Of a DNA stretch of 64,000 nucleotides, positions 12,424 to 24,102 are shown in pieces. The translations under genes were made by a program, and so were the position numbers. The stretch spans positions 57,352,001 through 57,416,000 of the forward strand of contig NC_045696.1 in the NCBI RefSeq assembly GCF_009834535.1, in the 5' to 3' direction. Origin of the DNA: Camelus ferus (lineage: Eukaryota). A model generated the notes under the pieces. The model saw only the letters and a list, made by a program, of their open reading frames with translations, ran no database searches and was not told where the DNA came from. Every line of letters begins with the position of its first letter. The first letter of the stretch is position 1.

Positions 12424-12664
12424 CTGAAAGGAAACGTTGAAAGTCAGAGAGTTTCACCCTATAGGGATGTGTCCCCATCCCCTCCCCAACCACAGCAGAA
12501 AGTCTCCTCAGGGCCAACAACTTGGCAAAGTCCACTGGTTTCCTCCAACCTTCCATATCCTTCCAGTCTCAGGCCCATGCTCCTTCTCCTTGACCCCTTG
12601 CCCTCAAAGCAGCCGGCCCTGTCGGACAGCACAGTACCCTCTCTTTATTCTCCTCCCTTCTTAC

Positions 12665-12770
12665 CCTTCGACAACTGTTGCTTGTAAGATCTATTAACAG
12701 CGCCTGCTCCTGAGTGCCACAGGAGCCTATGATGGGAGACCGGGCAGAGTCCCACTCACTGTGCTCCAAC
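12665..12770 (-). CDS. GOLGB1: GOLGB1 exon (about 21) LEHSEWDSARSPIIGSCGTQEQALLIDLTSNSCRR
   Basis: cag|G...AGG|gtaag, 106 nt, phase 2 to 0. Confidence 0.95.
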
Positions 12771-12974
12771 CTGTGTTGAGAAAAAAAAGAGGCATGGTTC
12801 ACGGCACGAGAGGCTGATCAGGTGAAGTCACCCTACCCTGGCCGTCCTGCCGTGCGATACCGCGTAAGGGACTTGCAGCAAAGGCTGCTCTCACAGCCCC
12901 GCCCCATGAAAGGAGTGTGCGGGCAGATAGGTTTCTTTCAGCAGCAGTAGAGGTGGTAATAACGACCAGGAACC

Positions 12975-13145
12975 AACTGCCTACTATGGGTCAGATGTTG
13001 GACCAGGTGCTTTATGTACATTTAATCCTCAGCTTTGAGGTTGGTGTTACTATCGTCAAAGTAAGGCTTGTCCACGGTGGCACAGCCAGTAAGATGTAGA
13101 GCCAGAATTCAAAACCCAGGTGTGTCCCCTTTTTCCGCTACACCA
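12975..13145 (-). mobile_element. MIR-like SINE remnant
   Basis: CATTTAATCCTCA...GGTGGCACAGCCAGTAAG...AGAGCCAGAATTCAAAACCCAGG. Confidence 0.55.
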
Positions 13146-14105
13146 CGTCTGACTCAGAGAAGCACATTAATTTTTTTTCATTTATTAAAGATTGATAGGC
13201 AGAAGCATCCAAGAAAGATTTCTTACAGTTAAACTGCTGTTTTCTGCTTCAATTTTTGCTCATTTGCTTATTTATTTAATACTGGAACTTCTCCATTTAA
13301 TGAAGAAGCTGCCTTTATCCACACAACAATCTCTCACAAAAAACAAGAAATGTACCAAGGGGCTGCAAGTAACAGCACACATCTGATCAAGCCTTTGTCT
13401 AGAGGGGTGCACTTTTTAATTGTGGTGGGGAGGATGGAACTCTTTACTCCTGATGTTTCCTCCATATGAGGGATATCCATTAGCCCAATACTCCTTGACT
13501 TTCTTTACAGGACACACACTTTTCTCTAGGAGAGAAGGAATACTTTAATCTGATTTGTGAGCCAGGAAAGAGAAACTGAACACACACAGCCTAGCTCCAT
13601 CCTGCTTGCTTTCCTCTTGAGAACCAGGCTGTCTGCATGGGACCCCTTCTGTGTCTGTCCTTCCATCCGATAAGCTTCTCAGGGGCAGCCTTGATACGGA
13701 ACAGCATGGTCTGGTACCATGAGGGTCAGTCTGTAAACTTCTGTAGGCTAGGCTGAGGAAGGATGAGATGTTTTAAGCATTGGTGAGCTGCTTTTAAATA
13801 GCAAGTCCGCTGAGTTCCACCAGCACTACAGAGCACATGTGAAGCACTAACCCGACAAGTGCTGGGCCTGGGTAGGCAGCACTCGATTAGCTGCCTTAAT
13901 TTCCGCTCTGCATCAGGGCCAAAGAGGGGACTGTGGAGGGGTTAAACTCGGATTAATGTGGCTTGTCTGGACCTACGCCCACTGCAGGACCATCTCAGGA
14001 TGAGAATTAGCACCTAGTTATTCCAAAGTCTGGCCACTAAAATGCACACCAGTATGATCAGAAAGGGTCCGAAGCAAATAGAGGCCGTGTCCCTCAGCCC
14101 CTCAC

Positions 14106-14240
14106 CTCCTGATCTGCTCCTCAGCCACGGAGAGTGCAGCCTCAGCAGCCACTCTTTGGTCTCGTTCTTCCTCCAGCAGCTTCCTCAATTCATTTACCTC
14201 CTGTTTAGTGTTGCACAGCTGCTGCTGGGCTTCAGAAAAG
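14106..14240 (-). CDS. GOLGB1: GOLGB1 exon (about 20) FSEAQQQLCNTKQEVNELRKLLEEERDQRVAAEAALSVAEEQIR
   Basis: aag|C...AG|gtgag, 135 nt, phase 2 to 2. Confidence 0.94.
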
Positions 14241-14677
14241 CTTCAGGATAAAAGCAGAATGACAGCATCACTAGGTGTAGAACACAGTTGCTGATACAAG
14301 GGATTCGACGTCTTTGCAAGGTTATCAAGCATGAAAATTTATAGAAGCTTGTACAAAATATTTTAATAGCATAGCTGTCAAGAGATTAAACAAAGCTGCA
14401 GAAAATGCCTTAAGAGGTTTTGGGGATTGACTGAATATCTTTCATTTGGGTATCATAATATTAGTAAGGTGTGTGTGTCTTGGTGTCGCTGTTGCTGCTT
14501 TGCAAACTTTTCACGGACAATTTATTACCATAATTGTTCCTATTTAATCTTCACGTCAATTCTGTGAAGCCAGTAAGATAAGAAGACATATTAAATCCAT
14601 ACAATGGATGTCCATTCAAACTCCATGACCACCCAGTTTCTGTGCACACATTCCGGGGTTGAGAGCTGCTCCCCCAC

Positions 14678-14775
14678 CTTAGCTGTGGCTCCCTCAGTTC
14701 CTCAGGATCACCCTTCCTGTGAGCACCATTCTTTTCCTGGGGAGCTCCTGGAGCAACGTCTATATTCAGTGGCCC
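14678..14775 (-). CDS. GOLGB1: GOLGB1 exon (about 19) GPLNIDVAPGAPQEKNGAHRKGDPEELREPQL
   Basis: tag|GGG...AG|gtggg, 98 nt, phase 0 to 2. Confidence 0.94.
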
Positions 14776-15532
14776 CTAGAAGAAGAGAAAGGTTAGTAAT
14801 TCAGTGATGAAAGCCCTTAGGAAACTGTACTTAGGCAAAATGAGACCTCGCTGAGGTGTCAGAGAGATTGAGAAATCTTGGAGAGGAATACCTCCGTTAT
14901 CACTCTTTCCAAGGACAGGTTTAGAAGTGAGAATCTTCTGCTGTGACAGACTCATCTCCCTCATAAAACTCTTTATTACATTTTCTTCCAGGTTCTCATT
15001 CTCTAATCTTACCACTGAAGTCTGCTTTCTTCTAGTGAAGGCTCACGTACTTACCAGAAGCTACTCTGATCCTTCCCTTATTCCACAACCCCTCCGCAGC
15101 CCCTCCTCCTCCTTCCATGTCCTATTCACCTCCATGCTAATTCTCAGTCTCCTCCAATGTCAAAGATCCACCCCTCTCCACTGCTAACAGCTCTGCCTAC
15201 TTTGTTTCTCAGCTCCAAATCTTTCTACAGCTTTCCTACTTCTTGAAGCAAAGTCCAAATTTTCTTAGTTTCAGTGTTCCAAGAGCCCTACGCATCACAG
15301 TTTCCCACCACCTTTTGATTTCTTTCTCACCACCTCACGGATCTTTTTCCTTCTAATCCCTCCATTCCTTAGTCTTTCCTGGACCTTATTCCCACTCTCC
15401 TCTTCTCTTTCTCCATCACACCTAGTTAATCCTCAGCGTAAAGACCGCAACCTCTTCCACGCTGTTCCTTCTGCTTTATCACCTGCACTCAGATTCCTGA
15501 CACTCTTCCCAGACTTTTACCTTCTCACTCAC

Positions 15533-15676
15533 CGCCTGCAGTTCTTGCACCTGCTTCTCCAGGACTGCACAGTGATTGAAAAGGTCGCTGTAATGCTGCT
15601 GGTTCTCACGGAGACTCTGACTGGTGTCACAGAGCTGAATGGAAAGGGTATTTTTCTCTTCCAGTAACTGAGAGAA
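15533..15676 (-). CDS. GOLGB1: GOLGB1 exon (about 18) FSQLLEEKNTLSIQLCDTSQSLRENQQHYSDLFNHCAVLEKQVQELQA
   Basis: cag|TTC...GCG|gtgag, 144 nt, phase 0 to 0; second in-frame donor at 15521. Confidence 0.94.
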
Positions 15677-17525
15677 CTGAAATGGGAGAGAGGATAAGCA
15701 CCAGCCTGCGGGACTGTCTCACTACGGGCAGTGCTCAGGCAAACTTTCTGAGTTTTAAGGATCTAATTTTTTTTACTACAAGATTTTTATTTCAATAATA
15801 GTAACAATAGTACTATGTGTTCCTCCAAAGTGAAAAAACTCAGAATTTTTCAACTGAGAAAGGAAAACAATTCTGGGAAAGGGAAGGAAACTTTATGGTG
15901 CCTAGTACATTAACTGAAAAACCAGGAGGCAGAAACTCTCAAGCAATCCAATAGGCTAGGCTAACCCAGGTCAGTAAGAGGAGAAATGGCAATAGTTTGG
16001 GTCTAAATTGAGATTACTAATAAATGACTATAATCCTCAGAGCTCAATATGGCAGGAGACAGAGCTATCACCTAAAGATTCATGCAATAATATTACTGGG
16101 CAGATTCTTCAACGCTGTAGAGAGTTACAAGTCACAAAGAAAGTAGAAATTATAATATGTGGTAAGAGGGAGAAACAGAATGAATCCTATATACTCCTGT
16201 GTGTAAGAAACTATACTGGGAGCATCGACTCTCCTAGGTGGAAACATTTCAGTTACTCAAAGTGGGAGGTCTCCCCTACTGTATGAGTAACAGGTAGTTG
16301 TTCAGTCTTCCCTTGAACATGTCCAGCGTCAGGGGCACTCACAGCCTGACAAAGCAGCCCAAGCCGTTTCTCACCACGTCAAAAACAGAAAATTATTTTT
16401 TATATCGAATGAAAAATTTACCAATCGTAGCTTCTACCCAAAGATTTGAATTCAGTTCCCCTGGAACTATAACTCTAATTCCTCACTTGAAGGCTGTCAG
16501 ATTTTAAATTTTAGTTATGATTAACATCCGGATTCTAGCTATACCCAGTTAACAATACAGAGATGTTTCTCTGAAGTACTTCTGTAGGTCTATGTACATT
16601 ATATAAAAGAAAACTGGTGTACCTGGCTGTGTGTTCAATCTTTTCTTGAATATTTTTTTTTGTAAGTATTCTGGGTTAATGTTTGTATAAAAAGGTTGAA
16701 TCGATGTTCAGAGAAGAAAGGCTAAACAGTTTTCTAAAGATACTCTGACTGAGAAGGACATTTGATACAAACAGAAAATTAGAAAAAAAATCCATGTGGT
16801 GTAAGAAAAATATTTGCATAGCCAGAATGAAAAATATAACAAATAACTTTATCTCTGAAGAGCAATTTTCAGTTTACAAGGCACTTTTGAAAGTATCATC
16901 TTATTTGAGAGAGATAGAGGAAGGACTTCTGTCCCCGTTTACAAATGACAAAGGAAAACAGATGAGCAGTGACTTGTCCAATGTCATGTGGCTAGAAGAT
17001 GGCAGATCAGGACTCAAGTATGGTTCCTGATTCCAAGTCTAGAGATGGTGTCGCATCTGAGTTCAGGAAGGGAACTTAAGCAGGTTATGGGATTTTTTGG
17101 GTGGGGGGAGCAGTAAAGGAGAGGATATAAATATTTAAGAAGCAATACTAATTGGAAGATAGAGGTAGCTGGGTACAATGACAACTACTGGGTTCTGAGA
17201 CAAGGAGTAATACAATCCTCTCCTAACACAGGAGACAGTTCACTTTCCTTGCCACAGTGAACAGCCCAAACCATACCAAAACAGAACAGAACAAAACAAA
17301 CAAAAAACCAACAGAACAAAACCCCCAATCCCTCAGTATTGAAAAAATCCAACACTTTCTTCCTTGGAAGATCAAGAGGATGGGGTACAGACCAGTAAAA
17401 CTCGTTGGAAGCAAAAACTCCTTTAACTGGAGATGTCTAATTGCTTTTAAGCTACCCTTATGTAAACCACCTTTTATAATGTCCACATGGTTTTGTGTAG
17501 GATAGACATAGATCCCTGCAGTTTA

Positions 17526-17743
17526 GGGGCTGGCAAACTACAACCCAGGGCCTCCTGCCCCCACTTCCTTTTTTTTGTAAATAAGGCTTTATTGGAACAT
17601 AACTACCCCATTTGTTTATGTCTCGTCTGTGATTGCTTCTGCACTATGATTGCAGAGCTGAATAGTTGTAACAAAAATGGCAAAGCCTACAAAACCAAAA
17701 TATTTACTGTCTGAATCTTTAAGAAAAAGTCTGCTGACCTTTG
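17526..17743 (+). mobile_element. MER58-like hAT-Charlie DNA element
   Basis: AGGGGCTGGCAAACTA...TTTTTGTAAATAAGG...AAAATATTTACT...AAAAAGTCTGCTGACCTTTG with imperfect terminal inverted repeats. Confidence 0.8.
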
Positions 17744-18459
17744 CTCTAACTCATAAGCTACTGTATTTCATCATATCTACACTTATAAAAACAGAATAGG
17801 AGCAAATAATCTAGACTACATTATAACAGTAACCATTCCTCTCATATTTTTAAGTTTCATGCTTTAAGTTTGCATTACATATATATATCCAACCATGCTG
17901 GTAGAAATATATATAAAGTCTGAGTATACATAGAAAGAATTCAGGTAGCAGCTTGAAGAGGAGACATTCTATGCTGACAGCCCATCTCCTAAATCCCATG
18001 CTAGGGCTCAAGAAACAATTCTCCTAGTTAGCTGGGACCCATTTAGAATGAGGCTCTAACCTCACCAAACTATTAGCTCCATGAAAGGTCACAATACCTC
18101 AACACCTAGTGTACGGCCAGGCTCACAGAAGGCAGGTGACAGTTATCTGCTTAATGAACGAGTGAGTAAGAGAACGACCGACCCCAGGGACAGAGATGCC
18201 CCCTACAGCTGATTCCTAAAGGAAGAACTCTTTCTCACGCAGAATGACAGTGACCGACAGCGGTATTCCTCATACTTTGATTAAGTGGTATGTGAAGTAT
18301 ATCTCAATAAAGCAGTTAAAGAAAACATAACTTCAGTAATGATCCAGGACCCAGAACATAAATATATGTAATTGAAGCTAAAAGTTTTCTCAAAACAAAG
18401 TATACTCTATATTATATATAACATAGTACATATTTCCAATCTCTTTTATTTTGTTTTGT

Positions 18460-18850
18460 AAAAAAACACTATTTGCACTACTTGTAACGGCTCAAAACCA
18501 GAAAACTCCAAAAGTCCTTTAACAGCAGAATAGAGAAATTATTATACACCTACAATGTAACACCATACAGCATGAGAACAGAAAAATCACACTACACACA
18601 ACAACATGGATCAATCTCACAAAATAAATGAAGCAACACAGAAGAGAAGGCATGATCTATTGATATGTAGCTTCTAAGGTGGCAGAGAATAGAAGAGGAC
18701 ACTAGAGACTTCTGGGGTTCTGGTGTGTTCTGATTCTTGATCTGGGTGCTTCTTATATAGGTGTTGTCACTTCACGAAGATGTGCCATACTGTATTTATG
18801 ATCTGTATGCTTTTCTGTGTTTTACTTCAGTAACGCATTTACATTAAAGT
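18460..18850 (+). mobile_element. Old L1 (L1ME-like) 3'UTR fragment
   Basis: ACAACATGGATCAATCTCACAAA...TTCTTGATCTGGGTGCT motifs. Confidence 0.6.
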
Positions 18851-20403
18851 TTCTTCAGTTGCTGTCCGCTAAATGACTTCATCATCTACTAACAGCCCTG
18901 GGTTGCAGTTTAAAGTACTGAGACAAATGCCCAGAGTGATTCACAGTCTAATGTTCAGGAGAGCAAATATAACAAGGTTGAGATGGGTCTAGTTTATAGA
19001 AAGAGGAGGTGCTACAGAGCGATGAAAGGCAGAACTTTCTGCTAACAACTGACTAGGCTGGAAGTGGAACTGGCTAGGATCTGCTCTGGTGCCCCCGCCT
19101 TCACACCTTGAAAACTCCCAGACAACTTCCCCAACAAAGGGCCTGCAAATTAACCAATTCATTTTGATCAACAAACCTACCTTAAAAATGCAAATTTCTT
19201 TGCCAAAGTTAATAGTGTAATCAGTCTTCCATACTTCAGTGTCAATTAGTTAAATTTAAAAATATTTAATAAGTATCTTCTACATAAACCAAGCACTGTG
19301 CTTTTTCATATACATTATATTTATCTCAGACTGACCTCCTCCTAACACCTTAGACAAATTACTTAATACCTTTGGACCTTATTTTCCCCATCTGTGATAC
19401 AGCTTACTGATCTTTACCATTTTTGGATCACAGATCCTTTGGTGAACTCTGGAGTTCTTGTGATGAGAAGCTTATGTATACACACACACACACACATACA
19501 CATTTCGCACATAATTTTTGGACACTAACAGCTCTCCTCAAAGCCAATCTTTGGATTCCAGAGTCTAGATGATGACTGAAATTCCTTCCAGTGCCAACAT
19601 AAACTACTTAGCTGGGTTCCTCTGAAGAAGGCAGAACTAGGGGAGGTGCCAAGAATACTAGAGAATACCCTGACCAGTGAGAAAGCAACAGGAGTACAAC
19701 GATCCATAAGGGGTGGGGGAGGGGAAGCAGGCGAAGGAGAAGCCAGAGAACAGAGGAGGAGGAGAGAAGACAGAGATGTGAGAAGGCACCAAGAATAATT
19801 TCCTTTTATCTTGCCTTGGCCTTTGCTCTGGGGACCAGATGGCAAAGCAGCTCTTCCCTATAGAAACAGGTCCATCTCCTCCCGCATGCTTCCCTAGAGT
19901 GTCTGGAGTGGCAAGGCTGGGATTTGGGAAAAAAGAAAACTGGTTTCTTTAGTTCCAGAACATTAGACACACAATGAGGAAGCCTACAAAGAGTGGAATG
20001 AAGAGCAGACCTCTCACCTCTACCCCTGTTCTCTGTTGCTTACTGGTGGGAAATACAGAGGAGCCTGCTGGAGGATTTGTGGGGCGTTACCTCAGTATTA
20101 CTAACAAGTGGTACAGATGGGGAGGCAGGGAGGATGCTGGAGAGGACGGTTTCCTAGAGGAGTTGCCTTTTTCATTCTTACTGAATATATTTCTACAAAT
20201 CATCCCCAAGGACTCTCCAAGGGCAAGGAAAAGGAAATGGCTCTGTGTCCAATGCTATGGGGTGAGCAACACAGGCTCTGAGAAAGGTAAAATTTCTGGC
20301 CTCTAATATAGCTAGAGCCTAGCTTTAACCAGCTTCTACTTACCTTCTTAATTCTAGTCATGGAAATAAGAAATTGAATTCCAGGCTAGCAGGAAACACC
20401 TAC

Positions 20404-20541
20404 CTTGCTGTTCAGTTGCTGAATTCTTAACTCCTTTTGGTGAATTTCCTTTAAGCTGTCATTGAGCTGAGCCCTAAGACGTTCTGTCTCATAAACTAGG
20501 TTTTGTGATCCATCTAGGGAAGCTGATGTCTCTGGGGGTGC
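20404..20541 (-). CDS. GOLGB1: GOLGB1 exon (about 17) APPETSASLDGSQNLVYETERLRAQLNDSLKEIHQKELRIQQLNSK
   Basis: cag|GCA...AAG|gtagg, 138 nt, phase 0 to 0. Confidence 0.94.
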
Positions 20542-20742
20542 CTGTCAGGATACAAACACTGATAAAATTCTCTCCTAACATTGTTCATGCTTAACTCCTT
20601 CCCTCCAGAAACCCTGCCCACCTCATAGGAAGTCCTAAGAGGGTTTACCTAACAGTGCTAGATAAGCACTTAGCTTGCAGGAAGCTGATGTTTCCTGGGT
20701 AGTGGTTACTTCTCACTAGCAGTCAGTATTGAAATTACTCAC

Positions 20743-20905
20743 CTGTCTTTGGTACTGCACTTTGACGGTCTCAGTCTGGGAGGAAGGTCTCAGTTCCCTC
20801 AAAAGATTCTGCAGATGACTGAGCTGCTGATCTTTATCTGAGATAGCCATCAGGTACTGCTCCTTCATTCTCCTCTCGTGAATTTTCCAGGAATTCTTCT
20901 CCATC
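20743..20905 (-). CDS. GOLGB1: GOLGB1 exon (about 16) MEKNSWKIHERRMKEQYLMAISDKDQQLSHLQNLLRELRPSSQTETVKVQYQRQ
   Basis: tag|G...CAG|gtgag, 163 nt, phase 2 to 0; ORF 20716-20916. Confidence 0.95.
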
Positions 20906-21419
20906 CTAGAAAACACATGAAATAATCACAGGCAAAAATACACTTGTGAGACAAGGATGAATAACTGCATATTTCAAACAGTATTATAGGCTGTAGAGAG
21001 GTAGTAAAGAAAATACATAACCAGAGGGAAATCTGTATTATAAACAGAACTGTGCAATAAGATGATGGAGTAGAACTTAAAAGGGAATTGTAACTGGTAG
21101 GACTAAGGAAGATACCACAAGAAAGCAGGCATTTGGTCTGAACCCTGAACAATGAGTCAGGTTTCCACAATGGGAAAAGCATTCCAGGTTCAGGGAGCAA
21201 ACAGAACAAAAGGCACAGGAATGAATACATGTAGTGAGTTTTTGGAATTGTTGTAGTAAATAGTGTATAGAGTGGATAGGGCAGGGAATGAGGATAGAGA
21301 GGGAAAGGGTCAGACTTTATGGGGCACTGAGCACCATGCTAATAAAGCTTACTCCGTAAGCAACGGGAAACCACTGTAATCCTTCAGAAAAGCAGTGCCA
21401 TGATTCAGTATAACATCAC

Positions 21420-21650
21420 AGCTATGAGAATCCAATTGTAGAGGATGAAGGACGTAGGTTCAAATGCTGGCTCTGTCATACACTAGGCATGAGACCCTGA
21501 GTAAAAGTTACTTAATGTCTCTGCGTCTCATTGGTAAAATGGGAATAAATGATCTATTCCTTAGGATTATTTTGAGATTAAATCAGACACTATACATCAT
21601 GCATCAAACACAGAGCCTGGCATGTCATAATTACTCAATAATATTAGCTG
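21420..21650 (+). mobile_element. MIR-like SINE
   Basis: GGTTCAAATGCTGGCTCTGTCA...GTTACTTAATGTCTCTG...GTAAAATGGGAATAA...CCTGGCATGT. Confidence 0.7.
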
Positions 21651-22835
21651 CTGCTGCTGTTTATTTATTCCCTGAATTTGGCCAAGAGGGAGGCTTCTAT
21701 CTGACCCAGTTAACTTTCTATAGCACTAGCAAAAACTGACTCTCTGTCATAGTCTTTAATTCTACTTCTCTCTATGCTATGCTTGAAAAAAAAACCATTA
21801 GGACTGTAATCAAATTTTTCCCTATAATACAAGGCTTTGTTTGAATTGCATCTGACTTTTTGTCTTTTTCTATATAAGTAAGGTAAAAAGGTCCCTTCTT
21901 TTCTGAATGACATAAACCCATTATGAAATAATCCTGCTTTGCTAAGAGGGGATTTGGATTACAGTCAAAATATTTTCAAAAAGGTAGAGCTGAAACTTAG
22001 AAACTAAAATAAATTTTTATTACAAGGTCACTATGTGGAAAAGACGCAGAAATTTTCTAATACACTTCCTTTGATATTTGTGAAAAATGAGAGAGAATAA
22101 GGAAGGAGTGTAAGAGTAAGAAGGCACACACAAAAAATAACAATCTTCCATAAAAAGCTTCAAGCTGCCATTTTTGGGGGAAAGATGGACACGTGGTTAA
22201 GGCGTGGAGAGACCCTCAATGGAGAACTGGGGCTAAGGAACAAACCTGCTGACTTAATAGAACTCAACCATAAAAAGGCTATACCTCAGTTATCCCTGAC
22301 GTAAGAGAGCACAGAAGAGAGAGCAGAATAAGCAAGCCAGTAGCTACAAGAGGAAGAGAAAGGTTCTTCTGATGAGCCAACCTCAGGGCAACAGAAGCCT
22401 GAACAAAATGCTCCAGCTTTTTAGTATTTGGAAGGCTCATTTCTCCCAAGTATTTCAAGGGCAAAAGACAGGGAGTCTTAAAGATACTCAGCTAAAGAAA
22501 CTGGCTCTAAAGCCAGTGAATCAAATCTGTGTCCTCATTTCCTTCTAAAAGTGAAAATGTCTTCCTTTCTGTCTTGTAATTTACTCACATTCACTTGATA
22601 CATAATTTTTCTTTCTTCAAAACTGCTCAAATGTGGAAAGTGAAAATGTACAAAGTAAAAATATGGTAAAGAGAGAAAGGCTAAGAAAAAGATGGAAAGA
22701 GAGAAAATTAGGGGAAAAAAAATCAACAGACCGGAAATCATTTTTTCTCCCTCTTTTTCTCTTCCTTAAGTGCCTACTTCATAAGGAAAGTATCCTTTCA
22801 GAATGTCCTTTGAGGAAATTTAAAGAGGAACAAGT

Positions 22836-22920
22836 GTATGTTCAGGTATAACTGAAAAATTGTGCTCTACACTGGAATTTGACACAACATTGTAAAATGA
22901 CTATAACTCAAAAAAAAAAA
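22836..22920 (+). mobile_element. Very short (about 85 nt) young L1 3' end with target-site duplication
   Basis: Same 3'UTR sequence as 63500-63575; TSD AAAGAGGAACAAGT at 22822-22835 and 22918-22931. Confidence 0.9.
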
Positions 22921-24102
22921 GAGGAACAAGTTGCTACAGAAAATAAGCCTTTAGAGCTTTGCAGCTCGTCGTTGGTTTAACTAGCAACCAGACACTTAGT
23001 ACTTCTGAGGTTCCGAGTGACTGGAGGTAATACGGGAGACATCAAGGTAATACTTCCGTGTGCTCCCAATCACCTTTGGAGGACCTAAAATTCAACGGTC
23101 AGGATTAATGTGCACCTGGAGGAAGACATACCAAGAGCCTGATTTCTCGATGATGAATTGAGATTCTAAAAAGAATTTGAAAAATAGCTGGGGCAGCTAT
23201 TCCCTGGACAGGAAGGGTGGGGAAGATCAGGTTGAAATGAAGCAATTTATCTTTCTTCTGGAGGTTCAATTCCAGAAAGAAGAAAGAGAAGAAATTTAAA
23301 TTCCTAGAGAGCAAAAATTCAGTTTTTTACCTTCTCAGTAGTTATCCTTTGATTAAAAAAAAAATGTGTTATTGTATTATCTGGGAAAGCTGCCAACTCC
23401 ATGGAATAACTTTGATATATTTTCACTTATAAGAAAGTCCATAAAGATGTTAGTATGGAAATCTTTTGAATGTAATTTCACTCCATAAAATTTAAATGAC
23501 AAAATTCTAAAAAGTTTTGCTCTATAAACTTTGCTTAAGGTTTATTTTGAAATATCATATTAGTAAAGTGCATGGCATCTAGGATCTCTGAAGGAACAAA
23601 CTGCTTGCGTGTGCACATTAAGGGCTCTCTTAGGGACATCACAATACTAGTCTTGCTATACTGTTATCTGTCATCACAGAAGCCCCTTTATAGGCTGGGT
23701 AGGAATCTAGCCTCCACCTCATACTCTCTTTATTCACTTGCCTATTTTTGTCCTGCAGCAGCAGATGAGACAAAGCAGGTGCTGCTTCAGCAGCAGCAGA
23801 ATTTTCTAACATGGGGATTCCCTCTTTAGTACCAAACTTTGAAAGCTTTGGGTTTGACTTTATTAAATAGGTGACATACATCATCTTAAGCTAAAGTAAT
23901 AAAGTCCCCAAGAATGGGGTTGCAACAGTAGGACCTGTTTTTATATATTGTTAAGCACTTATTCTTTACCTTTTTCTCTTTGGATCAAGTTTGTTTGAAA
24001 CATTAAATTTAAAAACCAACCAGAATTACTGTTCCTATCATAATTTTTTTCTGCTCTAATAGAACCATATAGCACTGTTATTCATCTTTAAAAGAAAAGG
24101 GC

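Noticed and set aside
19800..19940. Strong polypyrimidine tract plus CAG (minus strand) as a cryptic exon
   Set aside because: The phase-0 frame stops after about 36 codons and I found no convincing donor
22285..22398. Minus-strand AG...GT segment with a hydrophobic ORF (LVATGLLILLSLLCSL) as an alternative membrane-anchor exon
   Set aside because: The upstream exon ends in phase 2, which gives a TGA within 5 codons. The hydrophobic frame is not reachable and reflects CT-rich sequence.
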